The notes beneath the pieces were generated by a model, which searched no databases, was not told where the DNA came from, and was given only the letters and a program-made list of their open reading frames with translations. Both the position numbers and the translations under genes were made by a program. Source: an uncultured archaeon (GTDB lineage: Archaea; Micrarchaeota; Micrarchaeia; Micrarchaeales; CABMGC01). From it: a stretch of 64,000 bases of DNA. The DNA is taken from NCBI GenBank assembly GCA_963830445.1, contig CAWHMC010000013.1:17242-81241 (forward strand), given 5' to 3'. Within the stretch, counting starts at the first letter, position 1, and the number at the start of each line of letters is the position of its first letter. Below, one piece after another: positions 1-9,259 of this stretch.

Positions 1-57
1 ACTTCCAACTAGAAGCAACACTGTAAACATAACCAAAATATTTCTATAATTCTTCAT
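1..57 (-). CDS. 5-prime end of a secreted/membrane protein gene that continues beyond the left edge
   Basis: Reverse-strand ATG at 57-55, then MKNYRNILVMFTVLLLVGS (basic n-region plus hydrophobic core). Only 19 codons are visible. Confidence 0.25.
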   Translation of the reverse strand, partial: MKNYRNILVMFTVLLLVGS

Positions 58-211
58 TTTACCACTTGGCTTTGCCGACGACAAAAAGACTTAGAGAGAC
101 TGAAAAAGATGGCTCACTCTCTAGGCTTATTTGACTTTGGCTTTACCTCCATGCTAGGTATGGGAAAGCTAGGTATTTAAGCCTATGTGTTGAACTAAGC
201 TTGGCGATTCT

Positions 212-664
212 GTGCATAGGTACGTCAAAGGGGCACGTAGCGAACGTGAACTACTCAACCGTCTCTACGAGCACGGCTACTCGGTCATGCGCGCCGCCGG
301 CTCCGGGGTGAATGCGCTGGGCCCCGACATAATCGCGATAAAGGACCGCTTCTGCATGGTCTTCGAGTGCAAGGCCTGGGAGAAGAACCGGCTGAGCATC
401 GACCTGGACGCCTACCAGAAGCTCCACGAGTGGCAGCAGAACACCAGGTTCCCGACCTACATCGCCTGGCGCATGAACGGGAAGGGCTGGTTCTTCGTCA
501 CCCTGGACGAGCTAAAGCACGGGGAGAAGGACCACAGCATAACAAAGATACGCACGCTTGAGATAAACCGCCTCTTCGAAGACGTGTTGAAGCAGGAGGA
601 GAGCGCACCGCAGGCGGTTCCGCAGGTCGTGGTCTCCGAATCAGAGAGCCTGCTGCCTAATTGA
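212..664 (+). CDS. hjc: Holliday junction resolvase Hjc
   Basis: GTG start. KGARSERELLNRLYEHGYSVMRAAGSG...PDIIA...VFECK matches the archaeal Hjc nuclease core (E, D, ExK). Confidence 0.85.
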   Translation: MHRYVKGARSERELLNRLYEHGYSVMRAAGSGVNALGPDIIAIKDRFCMVFECKAWEKNRLSIDLDAYQKLHEWQQNTRFPTYIAWRMNGKGWFFVTLDELKHGEKDHSITKIRTLEINRLFEDVLKQEESAPQAVPQVVVSESESLLPN

Positions 665-667
665 TAT

Positions 668-1096
668 TCATAGCGTCTTGAACTCCCGTACGTGCTTTAT
701 GAAGGGCAGTTTGACGCTCCTTATGAGTTTCTCATCTGCAGTATAGAATATTGATTTCGTTATGTCAGCCAATGCCACATAGACGGCATCATAGAAGGTT
801 ATCTTGTATTCGCCGAGCATCTCTATCGCCCTTTCTGCTATCTCATTATTAAGTTCGAAGATTATGAATCCGTACTCCTCGATTGATTGCATTACCATTT
901 TCAGCTCTGCTGCGCTGAATCTCTTTGCCTTGGAGTATCGTATCCCATTTATTACCTCATAGGGCAACAGCGATGGGATTAGTATCTCGGCCTCCTTTGA
1001 GATGAAGGCGTCTCGCAACGCTTCGGCGCTTTCTGCATCGCTCTCCTTTACAAAGAATTTCAGTATAACGCTGGCGTCAGCTACGATTTGCTCCAT
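668..1096 (-). CDS. vapC: PIN-domain toxin (VapC family)
   Basis: N-terminal VADASVILKF Asp, later FYDAVYVALA and YTADEKL acidic positions. It overlaps the small upstream gene by 20 nt. Confidence 0.8.
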   Translation of the reverse strand: MEQIVADASVILKFFVKESDAESAEALRDAFISKEAEILIPSLLPYEVINGIRYSKAKRFSAAELKMVMQSIEEYGFIIFELNNEIAERAIEMLGEYKITFYDAVYVALADITKSIFYTADEKLIRSVKLPFIKHVREFKTL

Positions 1097-1325
1097 ATCT
1101 GGTGTCCCTGAATTTTCTTATTGCTGTCGTCGTGTCTGTACTCGACTTCTTTTGCAAACGCAGTATTTTCTCGTTTAAGGTCACCGCGAGAGCAACATTG
1201 GTCCTTTTCTTCAGCCTGCTCTGTATAAAGTTTCGAACTTCATTTGACCAGTTGAGACCAGCCTCTTCCATCTTCTTCTTCATGCGCATGTCTACTTTTA
1301 TGAGTATTGCACTTTCATAGGGCAT
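1077..1325 (-). CDS. vapB: VapB-type antitoxin candidate
   Basis: Small basic protein (MPYESAILIKVDMRMKKKMEEAGLNWSNEVRNFIQSRLKK) directly upstream of and overlapping the PIN gene. ATG at 1325 preferred over GTG at 1334 because the TATA palindrome sits just upstream. Confidence 0.55.
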   Translation of the reverse strand: MPYESAILIKVDMRMKKKMEEAGLNWSNEVRNFIQSRLKKRTNVALAVTLNEKILRLQKKSSTDTTTAIRKFRDTRYGANRS

Positions 1326-1333
1326 CTTTATCA

Positions 1334-1352
1334 CGTATATATAGTATATACG
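1334..1352. promoter_or_regulatory. Palindromic TATA/operator element upstream of vapBC
   Basis: CGTATATA-TAG-TATATACG is a perfect 8+8 inverted repeat, followed by ATATATAA, 9-40 nt upstream of the vapB ATG. Confidence 0.4.
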
Positions 1353-1368
1353 ATATATAAATGTCTTT

Positions 1369-2222
1369 CTACTTGATGGGCAATTCCTTGATCGCTACGC
1401 CCAGCGTGCCCCCATTCTCCCGCAGCCATCGCCTTCTTACCTTATGGTCTGGCACTGCTCGTGCCACGAGCGCCCAGAATGCTGGAGAGTGGTTGTGCTG
1501 CTCCAGGTGGGAGAGCTCGTGGGCCATCACGTACTCGAGGATGGGCTCGGGCGCGAAGAGCAGCTTCAGGTTCAGGTTTATCTTCTGCCCGGGATGGGTG
1601 GTGCTGCCCCACAGCCTCGCCTGCTTCTTGAGCTTCACCTCGTTGAAATGGAAGTTGTAGTATTTATTGTTCAGTGCGTCCATCCTGGCGCGAACCTCCG
1701 GCATTGCGTGCTTCGCGATCGCGCGGCGCGTCAGATCCGAGACCATAATCTGCTTCTGCCGCTCCTCCATCGTGGCGGGATCGTGACGTGCACCGACTCG
1801 GCGATGAGCTTCGCCCTTGAACGTATTGCCTCTGGATCCTCGTGCACTATCACCACCATGAGCTTGCCAAGTAGGTTGAACTGGTCGCCGTGCCTGAACG
1901 TGAGCGCCCCGTTTTTGTCGTCGAGTTCCCTGAATCCCTTCTGGCCCAGCTTCTCCAGGTGCTTGAAGGAGCGGCGCTTGAGCGAGTCGATCACCTCGTT
2001 GCGCTCCCTCCTGCCCAGCCACCGGGGCAGCTTTATGGTTATGGTCTCGCTGCCGAAATGTGCCACCGCGGTCCGCCTGCGCTCGAGCACGTACTCGATC
2101 TGAAACCTGCGTCCCGCAACCTCAAGGTAGTCGTTGTTGCTCTTTTCCTGGGGCTCCGGTTCGGCCTTCTTAGCTGAGGTCCACGGCCACCGGGCACTGG
2201 GCGAAGTAGTTCGAGTTGCCAT
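1369..2222 (-). pseudogene. DUF45/YgjP-type HExxH zinc metallopeptidase with interrupted reading frame
   Basis: The N-terminal half is in the frame of ORF 1731-2222 (FQIEYVLERRRTAVAHFGSETITIKLPRWL). The C-terminal half is in the frame of ORF 1369-2022 (ARLWGSTTHPGQKINLNLKLLFAPEPILEYVMAHELSHLEQHNHSPAFWALV). The frames meet near 1771-1795 and differ by one nucleotide. Confidence 0.7.
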
Positions 2223-2733
2223 AAATGTACAGGTGGTAAGCGGTTATCATGGAGCTGTTCGTGTCGCTGTAGTTGAGGTAGATCCCCGGCTCGGATGCGG
2301 CCGACTTCAGGCACGACGCGGCGGTGGTGTTCTCAGGAGTCACCTGGTGGCCCAGGCCATTGGGGGAGTAGGTGCAGCTCGTGGAGTTGACCTCGTAGAA
2401 ATCGATGGTGCTGGGGCTGCGGGTGGTGGAGAGGATCTGCACCAGGTCGCTGAAGCACAGCGCCTCGGAGTTGAGCTGCTCCGAGTTGGAGTAGGTGGAG
2501 AGTATGGCTATCCGCGTCGCCGCGTTGAGGTTCGTCTTGAAGGTAGGGAAGGAGACCAGCGCGTTGCTGCTCGGGAGCACCGTGTAGAGCACGTAGGCCG
2601 CCGCCGCGATGAGGATCAGGAGCACGGCTATTGAGAGATATAGGGGGGTTCGGCTCTTCGGCTCTTCGGCCTTAGGCTTCCTCTCTGCGGCTGCCCTGTT
2701 CTGAGTGGTCTCCTTGGATGCCTTCTTTGCCAT
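2170..2733 (-). CDS. Membrane-anchored extracellular protein with 4-Cys domain and N-glycosylation sequons
   Basis: Lys-rich cytoplasmic N-terminus, one TM (LYLSIAVLLILIAAAAYVLYTVL), then a Ser/Thr/Asn-rich ectodomain with four Cys and several N-x-S/T. Confidence 0.6.
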   Translation of the reverse strand: MAKKASKETTQNRAAAERKPKAEEPKSRTPLYLSIAVLLILIAAAAYVLYTVLPSSNALVSFPTFKTNLNAATRIAILSTYSNSEQLNSEALCFSDLVQILSTTRSPSTIDFYEVNSTSCTYSPNGLGHQVTPENTTAASCLKSAASEPGIYLNYSDTNSSMITAYHLYIYGNSNYFAQCPVAVDLS

Positions 2734-2737
2734 GGTC

Positions 2738-4801
2738 TCACCTGATGAAGAAGCCCGCGTAGCACGAATCCATGAACGCGCTGTTGCCGCTCGCGCGCAT
2801 CACGGTGCCGTAGAGCCCGTATACGCTCATGCTGGAGACGTTGGTAGCTGAAAGCAGCACCACCGGCGTGTTGGTGCGCGCGTACTGATTCATGCACTGG
2901 CTCACATTCTCCGGAATGCCGGAGCCGTAGGTCGTGGGAGTGCAGGCGCTTCCCGTGAAGTAGATCGTGTTGCTGGTGTAGTTGTACTGTCTCGCATAGG
3001 AGTTTATCTCAGAGGCGCAGACCGAGAGCGAGGCGGCCGTGCCATTGACCGCTATGACCACCGTATGGGAGCTGTGCAGAGCGCCCGTGAAGGCGCCCGC
3101 CGGAGCCGAGGCGTTGGCCGCCGAAGCGACAACGTAGGTGACGCCCACGTAGGCGAGCACCAGTATGAACACTATCCCGAAGAACATGTGCCAGGCCCGG
3201 GCGGTCCTGTGGCTCAGGTGCAGCCTCTTGCGCGCCTTCAGGCGCTGGTATTGCACGAACATTATCGCCAGGATCACGAGTCCGATCAGGAACGAGAGGA
3301 GGGCTGCGAGGAGCGGCGCCATCTGCACCGTGGCGGGGTAGGAGAGCCCCAGGGCAGACGACATAAACGCTATGAACGGGCCATCGATGCCGCGCACGAG
3401 CGCCTCCGGACTGAGATCGAGCGTGTTTGAAAGGGAGGGGATCTTGGAGCTTATCTGGGTGAGGTTGGAGAGCGCCTGCGGCAGGTTGGAGATCTGACCA
3501 TTGAGCTGCTGGTTGTACTGCTGCTCGCGGAAGGCGAGGGAGGCCGTCTGGTTGGAGCGGTCGCCGTTGAGCTGCGCCGCTATCAGCGCTGCGGTGTTGC
3601 TGCGGGCCAGTGAGAGGACGGCGGAATAGGAGGCATTCGCCTTTGCGTAGAGCGAGGCGAGCGCTGCGTACTGGGAGGCCAGGCCGGCGGAGTAGCTGGT
3701 CACGTTGAGCGTCAGGTAGTTGCTCCTGAGGTTGGTGAGGTTCTGCTTTGTGCCCGCGAGCTCTGAGCTCATGGTCGCATTGACCAGGTGGGTGAGGAGC
3801 AGCGTGCTCCTGTTCTGCAGCCCTGGCAGCCCCTGAAGCGTAGTGTTGAGGACGACGGAGAGGACGGAGAGCTTCTGCTTGGTGAGAGTAGGCAGAATGT
3901 AGGTCCCTTCGGTATTGCTGATGTTAACGGCCATGGACGCGATGTTCTGCGCCGTGGGCAGCTGCGCGTTGACGGTGTTCATCGCATTCTGTATGGGCGT
4001 GTAGAGGGAGGTGTTGTAGGTGAGGAACTCGCAGTATCCGAGGGCGCTGCAGTACCAGGGCATGACGTAGCCCAGGGAACTGCCTAGTGGGTTGCATGCG
4101 GCGTAGTTCGAGGAGGCCGGAGGCGGGAAGATCGTGCTGTTGCCCATGGCCTGTGTGAGGCTCTCAATCTGGGAGACGGCAAAGAACGCCTTCTGCACGT
4201 TGTTTAGGGCACCCGCGGCGGAGGCGTTGGAGGTGGCTGCGTTGAAGATTGAGACGTTGCTCTGCAGCAGGCCGTACTGCTGCCCGAACTGCATTATGCC
4301 CAGGCCCAGCGGCGAGCCGGCGCCGCCCAGTTCTGAGAGGACCAGGTTGCAGGCCGGGATCTCCGAGCAGGAAGCGCAGTTGTTGGACAGGGTGCAGCTC
4401 GTTCCCTGGACGTTGAGCCCCGTCTCAGTGAGGCAGTCGTTTACTGGTCCGGATGAGCTGTTGAGGTACTGGTTAACTAGCCTGGAGAGGGGCGTAAAGT
4501 TCAAAGAAGCGGCGGTGAAGGAGAGGATGGGGGTTATTATCGACTGTATGGAGCTGGCGTTCAGCACCACCGTGGGCGAAGCGCCCGTGGTGTTGACGAG
4601 GAAGTAGGGCTTGCCCGCGCTGTACACGAGGACGTAGGTGTGGCCCAGGTAGGTGATGTTCGTGAACGTGGCGGTATTTATGATGGAAGCGGAGACGTTG
4701 TAGTTCCTGAGCAGCGTGTTGACTCCCGCATAGGAGGCGGAAGCGCTGAGGGAGGCGAGGAGTAAGGAAGCGAACAGCAACAGGGTGTATTGCATTCTCA
4801 T
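2738..4801 (-). CDS. Large surface glycoprotein with signal peptide, Cys-rich ectodomain, Asn/Leu/Ser-rich coiled-coil-like stalk, TM hairpin and C-terminal 4-Cys domain (possible S-layer anchor)
   Basis: Signal peptide MRMQYTLLLFASLLLASLSASA. Many N-x-S/T sequons. Heptad-like region NLTNLRSNYLTLNVTSYSAGLASQYAALASLYAKANASY. Two hydrophobic segments around LLAALLSFLIGLVILAIMFV and FFGIVFILVLAYVGVTYVV. Confidence 0.6.
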   Translation of the reverse strand: MRMQYTLLLFASLLLASLSASASYAGVNTLLRNYNVSASIINTATFTNITYLGHTYVLVYSAGKPYFLVNTTGASPTVVLNASSIQSIITPILSFTAASLNFTPLSRLVNQYLNSSSGPVNDCLTETGLNVQGTSCTLSNNCASCSEIPACNLVLSELGGAGSPLGLGIMQFGQQYGLLQSNVSIFNAATSNASAAGALNNVQKAFFAVSQIESLTQAMGNSTIFPPPASSNYAACNPLGSSLGYVMPWYCSALGYCEFLTYNTSLYTPIQNAMNTVNAQLPTAQNIASMAVNISNTEGTYILPTLTKQKLSVLSVVLNTTLQGLPGLQNRSTLLLTHLVNATMSSELAGTKQNLTNLRSNYLTLNVTSYSAGLASQYAALASLYAKANASYSAVLSLARSNTAALIAAQLNGDRSNQTASLAFREQQYNQQLNGQISNLPQALSNLTQISSKIPSLSNTLDLSPEALVRGIDGPFIAFMSSALGLSYPATVQMAPLLAALLSFLIGLVILAIMFVQYQRLKARKRLHLSHRTARAWHMFFGIVFILVLAYVGVTYVVASAANASAPAGAFTGALHSSHTVVIAVNGTAASLSVCASEINSYARQYNYTSNTIYFTGSACTPTTYGSGIPENVSQCMNQYARTNTPVVLLSATNVSSMSVYGLYGTVMRASGNSAFMDSCYAGFFIR

Positions 4802-4892
4802 TTAATCGATATTTATAAGGGTAGAAAGAGTTTAAAAATGTTCATCTTCGCTTTGGGATTGTTCTGGCGGGCTGATGACGAGAGGGGACAGG

Positions 4893-5747
4893 CTACCTCC
4901 TCTTCTCAAATACGAGGAGGTGGTGCAGGTCTCGGATCGTGGGCTGGTCGTAGCCCAGGTCCTCGCTGTGAAAGAGCTGCCAGTTGTGCTCCCTGAACCT
5001 TCGTACCCAGCCATCCGGCCGTTCGTAGGTCCCGGGAACGGGTATGCTGCGGTCGTTGAACACGGGATTCCAGAGGACGTCGTTGACGAAGGTGCGTTCC
5101 CACTCTGCCTTGCTGTCGTCCAGGGGCACGGTCTCTAGGATGACCAGCCTCCTGCTCACTATCCGGTCCAGCTCCTTCAGAATCAGCTCGTTTTTGGACT
5201 CGTGGTGCAGGACGTTGGTGAGCACGCCCGCTTCATAGTATGAGCCGGGCACCGGCACCCTTTTCCCATCGAATATGGAGAAGGGCACGCTCACCTCCGG
5301 GCTCTTGAAGTTGACTATATCGAAGGCTTCTACTTTCAGGCCAAGGCCATCGTGGAGCTGCTGGGCTACCTCCCCGCTGCCCGCACCGAAGTCTATGACC
5401 CTGCCCGTTACCCCATCCAGGAAGGGTCTTATCTGGTGAAAAATCTTCTTTGTGCGGTCCCTGAGGGCATGCTTAAGCGCCTCGCCGAATGGCATCCCAT
5501 TGGCCCTTATGGGATCAAGTTCTGCAGAGATGGCGTCCAGCGTCTGTGTCATCGTGCAGTCGGCGACCATCGAACCGATCACGTTGGCTGCGAGCCCATG
5601 GGCGTTCTCACTCCTTAGACCGATATTGCCAAAAGTTATGGCGAAGTCCTGCACTACGTTCATCAGGACACCGCTGTCCGAGAGGGCGGCCCTGAGATGG
5701 GCTTTTGTCTCTTTGCCCCGCGTTAGGGGGCTTTTGCGCTTGTTCAT
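4893..5747 (-). CDS. Class I SAM-dependent methyltransferase
   Basis: Motif I VIDFGAGSGEVAQQL, followed by the acidic EAFDI. Start trimmed to ATG at 5747 (MNKRKSPL) because the longer track ORF adds an implausible Pro/Arg-rich extension. Confidence 0.7.
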   Translation of the reverse strand: MNKRKSPLTRGKETKAHLRAALSDSGVLMNVVQDFAITFGNIGLRSENAHGLAANVIGSMVADCTMTQTLDAISAELDPIRANGMPFGEALKHALRDRTKKIFHQIRPFLDGVTGRVIDFGAGSGEVAQQLHDGLGLKVEAFDIVNFKSPEVSVPFSIFDGKRVPVPGSYYEAGVLTNVLHHESKNELILKELDRIVSRRLVILETVPLDDSKAEWERTFVNDVLWNPVFNDRSIPVPGTYERPDGWVRRFREHNWQLFHSEDLGYDQPTIRDLHHLLVFEKRR

Positions 5748-5926
5748 GGGAGTACCCGGAGTTAAGGCAGATTGATGTTTATTCAGATATTTAGCCCTTT
5801 TCCAACGGCGGCGCGCAGGGCTCACGCAGGAAGCAGTTAGAAGAGAGGGGCCCGGAAGGGCCCCAGAAAGAGGAATGCCAAAAGGCAAAAGTCAAATAAA
5901 CCCATTCGCACGTGGCATCAATTCAT

Positions 5927-8900
5927 TCAAACTGTGGCGTTGGCCAACAGAGCCTGTATGAACTGGTTGCCTGCCGTAACGGTCTGCGCTGCGGAGTATC
6001 CTGCGACGAGCACGCGGTTTGCACCGAATGCCTGAACCACTACGCTGCTCTGACCGAAGGTCGAGTTGAACGATGGGTTCTGCGCGAAGATCTGTCCCGC
6101 GACGCTGTTCACGTACTTGCTGCCCACTACGATCAGCGTTGAGGCGCTGTTCGCGTTGGAGTCAAGCACTGCGAGAGGCGTCGTGGCCGTGTTCAGAGTC
6201 GTAGGCACTACTGCCTGCGTCACTGATGGCACTGCCGTCAGGTTCGCCAATCCGCTCACGTTGCAGCTCGACGTCGTGAATGCGCATGTCGCGTTCACCT
6301 TGCCGATTGTAACGTTCGCGAGGTTTGTCGCCTGGCCTACGCCATACGGTCCTGCCAGCTTCGTGGTCGTTGCGGTGTTGCTTGATACTGATGCCGCGCC
6401 GACGATGAACTGAAGCCCGTCTATGGACTTCGGCTCGTCGTATACCAACGCTGTCGTTGATACTGATGCGACGTCACCACCACGCTCTGTACGGAAGCCC
6501 TGAACAGCCTTTACCTGGTTGTTCTGTGAGCTCTGGTACGTTACCGCGTTGTTGTTGCTGTTCGAGATGTTCAACCAGTACGCAGGTGTCGGGTATCCAA
6601 CAACCGTCGAGGTGTTCGTGATACCAAGTATCACGTTCGCGTTAGGCGATGTGCTGCCCGGTACCGTTATCTCCGGCATCGTGTACGTGAAGAACTGGTT
6701 TCTTGCGGCACTCGAGAACGAAGAGGTCGAGATGGCGAAGTTCACGTTGTTCTGCTCTCCCGTGTAGGTCAGGGTTGACACCGTAGGCGCCACCTTGTAG
6801 CTGTACTGCGGTACGCTGTACAACAGGGTCGGGGTTGACGAGTACGTCAAAGCTCCAAGTTCCACGGAGTTGACCACGAACGCGTTCTGCGCGAAGCTGT
6901 TGCTGCTCGCGAATGCGACCGCGTTAGCTGCGTAGTTCAGCTGTGCCGTGTTGCCCGTTTCGAAGACGTATACTGATACGCCTGGGTTCGGGAGCACTGC
7001 GCTCAACTGGATGTTCGTCAGGTTGCCCAATGCTAGACCGTTTCCAACTAACCAGTTGCCCGCTGCGGACCCTGCGCCCTGGAAGGAGAACGTGTAGGTC
7101 GTAGCAGAGGTCTTGCCCGGCTGGTATCCAGTCAACTGGACGTTCAACGGGTTGCTCGCGGTTATGATGTTCGCGTTCAGGCCCGAGCCTCCAATCAACT
7201 CTACTGCCAGACCACCGTTAGGTGAGGCAAGTATGTTTGCCGCAGATGCCGCGTCTATCACGTTAGGCGTGAGGGACTTGTCCAGCTGGTAGGGGTCGAG
7301 GTTGTAGGTCAGGCTCTGCAGGTTCGATGACGGTGCCGCTAGGCTTCCGGTCGAGGTGACCTGGAATGCGGTCGGGATCGAGCTCTGCACCACGAACTGG
7401 TTAACCGGCTCGGTTACCACTGTCGTGTTGAGCTGCTGCACTGTTCCTGCTGCGCCTCCGAAGCCGCTTACCACAGCCGACGTGCCTCCTGAGGTTGTAG
7501 CGAAGCTGATGTGGTTGGCAGTGAACGGTTCACCGGCCGCTGCACCCAGGTTCGAGTACGTCGTCGCAGAGGAGTAACCCGTCGAGAACGACAGCGCGTC
7601 GTAGTTCGAGTTGCCGCTGCTTGGCGCTCCCAGTGAGTCACCGGCGAAGTTGACGCTCCACCTGGCCGGGCTTGTTATGAACTGGTAGCTCGTGCCTGGC
7701 GTCATTATCGTCTGGGTGCTCTGGTTGGAGTACAGCACTATGCCCTGAAGCGCTGCGTTCGCGGAGGTCGCGGCCGCAGTTGAGGACTGGTTTGTCGTCC
7801 ATCGCAGGCCAACGAGCCAGTTGTTTCCGTTTGCGGAGTTGAAGTTCTTTCCGCTCGTCACGTTGACGGTGTTGGAGAACAGCTGGATCTTTGCCCACTT
7901 CTGGTATGCGTACAAACCTGGGAAGGTCTGTGAAACCTTCACGTACAGCTTCGTGCCAGAGGAGTTGACCACTATGTTCTGGTTAGAGGCGGGACCAGCG
8001 GACGTTACGTTTGTCAATACACCGTTGTTGTATATTGAAAGCGCTGCGTTGCTGATTCCGTTCTGGTTCGGGTATGACAGGTCGTTCAGGACCACTGTGA
8101 ATGGACCTGAAGTTATGTTGTGCCCTACGTATACGGTCTGCACAGGAGTTGAGGCCTGGGCGAGAGTCACGTTACCACCAACGACGAACGAGTTTGACGT
8201 TACACCGGTTATGGAGGTCGGGACGGTCATGCCATATACTGACCAGTTAGCGCCCAGCAACGTGAACTGCGCGTTCGTTGCCGTGCCGCCTGAGGTCACC
8301 TGTATCGGCTTGCCGAAGGTAACAAGGTATGCACCGTTCGTGTCGAGCAGTGAGAGCACGCCCGTTGCCTGGTTGAAGACTGGGAAGCCTGCCAACCATA
8401 GGGATGCCGTCTCCTGGTACGTACCGGAGTTCGATTGCAATCCCGGAACCTGTGCGCTCGTCAGCTGGAGGACGTTATCATATCCGAGAGGAGATGAGGT
8501 GAACCTCGAGAACGAGATGCCGCCACCGTTTGTGCCAGCGCTGACTGTTGGCTGCGGGCTTGGAGTTCCGATGCCAGCAAATACGCTCGTTGCGGTTGGG
8601 CTGCTTGTTATCGCATATGGACCTGTTGTTGGGTCTACGTAGTCATAGTTCGTTCCAGATGCACCCTGCAGCGACTTCGTGTTGACGAGGTTGCCTGAGC
8701 TCAGTACGCCTGGGTTAAGAACCGAGCCTATCAATGCCGTAAAGGAATAAGATCCCGTTGGCACGACAAGTCCCTGCTCTCCTAGCCATACTTGCTGGTT
8801 AGATAGAGTGCACGTTGGGGTCGTTACGACGCACTTCACGTTGCTCCTGCCGCTTACTGTGGCAGTCACGTTCGTGGAGGTGTGAGAGAGGCTCCCAATC

Positions 8901-9094
8901 ACTGCGGCTATGTTCGCAGCAACTACGCCGTCGCTCGGTTGCGCCGTCGATCCTACGACAATCTGCACGACCGGTTGACCCTGTGTGTTTATTATTGGTA
9001 TATTACCAAAGGTCACACCCTGTCCTGCAGCTGCAAGACCTACTAACAAACTGGCCGCGACTGCGGCTATTCGCTTCGCATTTATGCTTTTCAT
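5927..9094 (-). CDS. S-layer (surface layer) glycoprotein candidate
   Basis: Signal peptide MKSINAKRIAAVAASLLVGLAAAGQG. 1055 aa, rich in Thr/Ser/Asn/Val/Gly with dozens of N-x-S/T sequons. No C-terminal TM. The C-terminal LIVVGSKYVNSVAGQIF...VLVAGYSAAQT resembles archaeal S-layer C-termini. Confidence 0.65.
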   Translation of the reverse strand: MKSINAKRIAAVAASLLVGLAAAGQGVTFGNIPIINTQGQPVVQIVVGSTAQPSDGVVAANIAAVIGSLSHTSTNVTATVSGRSNVKCVVTTPTCTLSNQQVWLGEQGLVVPTGSYSFTALIGSVLNPGVLSSGNLVNTKSLQGASGTNYDYVDPTTGPYAITSSPTATSVFAGIGTPSPQPTVSAGTNGGGISFSRFTSSPLGYDNVLQLTSAQVPGLQSNSGTYQETASLWLAGFPVFNQATGVLSLLDTNGAYLVTFGKPIQVTSGGTATNAQFTLLGANWSVYGMTVPTSITGVTSNSFVVGGNVTLAQASTPVQTVYVGHNITSGPFTVVLNDLSYPNQNGISNAALSIYNNGVLTNVTSAGPASNQNIVVNSSGTKLYVKVSQTFPGLYAYQKWAKIQLFSNTVNVTSGKNFNSANGNNWLVGLRWTTNQSSTAAATSANAALQGIVLYSNQSTQTIMTPGTSYQFITSPARWSVNFAGDSLGAPSSGNSNYDALSFSTGYSSATTYSNLGAAAGEPFTANHISFATTSGGTSAVVSGFGGAAGTVQQLNTTVVTEPVNQFVVQSSIPTAFQVTSTGSLAAPSSNLQSLTYNLDPYQLDKSLTPNVIDAASAANILASPNGGLAVELIGGSGLNANIITASNPLNVQLTGYQPGKTSATTYTFSFQGAGSAAGNWLVGNGLALGNLTNIQLSAVLPNPGVSVYVFETGNTAQLNYAANAVAFASSNSFAQNAFVVNSVELGALTYSSTPTLLYSVPQYSYKVAPTVSTLTYTGEQNNVNFAISTSSFSSAARNQFFTYTMPEITVPGSTSPNANVILGITNTSTVVGYPTPAYWLNISNSNNNAVTYQSSQNNQVKAVQGFRTERGGDVASVSTTALVYDEPKSIDGLQFIVGAASVSSNTATTTKLAGPYGVGQATNLANVTIGKVNATCAFTTSSCNVSGLANLTAVPSVTQAVVPTTLNTATTPLAVLDSNANSASTLIVVGSKYVNSVAGQIFAQNPSFNSTFGQSSVVVQAFGANRVLVAGYSAAQTVTAGNQFIQALLANATV

Positions 9095-9135
9095 GACATC
9101 ACATTAACATTGTGAAATTCATTAGAAATGAAAGG

Positions 9136-9143
9136 TATTTAAA
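9136..9143 (-). promoter_or_regulatory. TATA box of the S-layer gene
   Basis: Reverse-strand TTTAAATA lies 42-49 nt upstream of the ATG at 9094. Confidence 0.4.
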
Positions 9144-9259
9144 GGGTACGGTTTCTTTTAACCTTTTGTTTATACGTTGCATGCCAGTATACGTCTTTTG
9201 CAGTAGTTGACTTCTGCTATCCACGTATGCATACGACGGAAACCTGTTTCGCCCTTTTC

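Noticed and set aside
87-175. Small inverted repeat TAGAGAG...CTCTCTA and direct repeat GCTAGGTAT x2 upstream of hjc
   Set aside because: They are short enough to occur by chance. Their position relative to the hjc GTG start does not clearly match a promoter or terminator.
2738-4801. Idea that the 687-aa surface protein is a fusexin/HAP2-like fusogen linked to the VirB-like operon
   Set aside because: Only generic features are shared (signal peptide, Cys-rich ectodomain, C-terminal TMs). It is 9 kb from the operon and next to the S-layer gene, so an envelope-anchor role is more parsimonious. Structure prediction would be needed to reopen this.
4893-5888. Full 331-aa version of the methyltransferase ORF
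   Set aside because: The first 47 codons are Pro/Arg/Ser-rich and not methyltransferase-like. The internal ATG 5747 gives a normal N-terminus.
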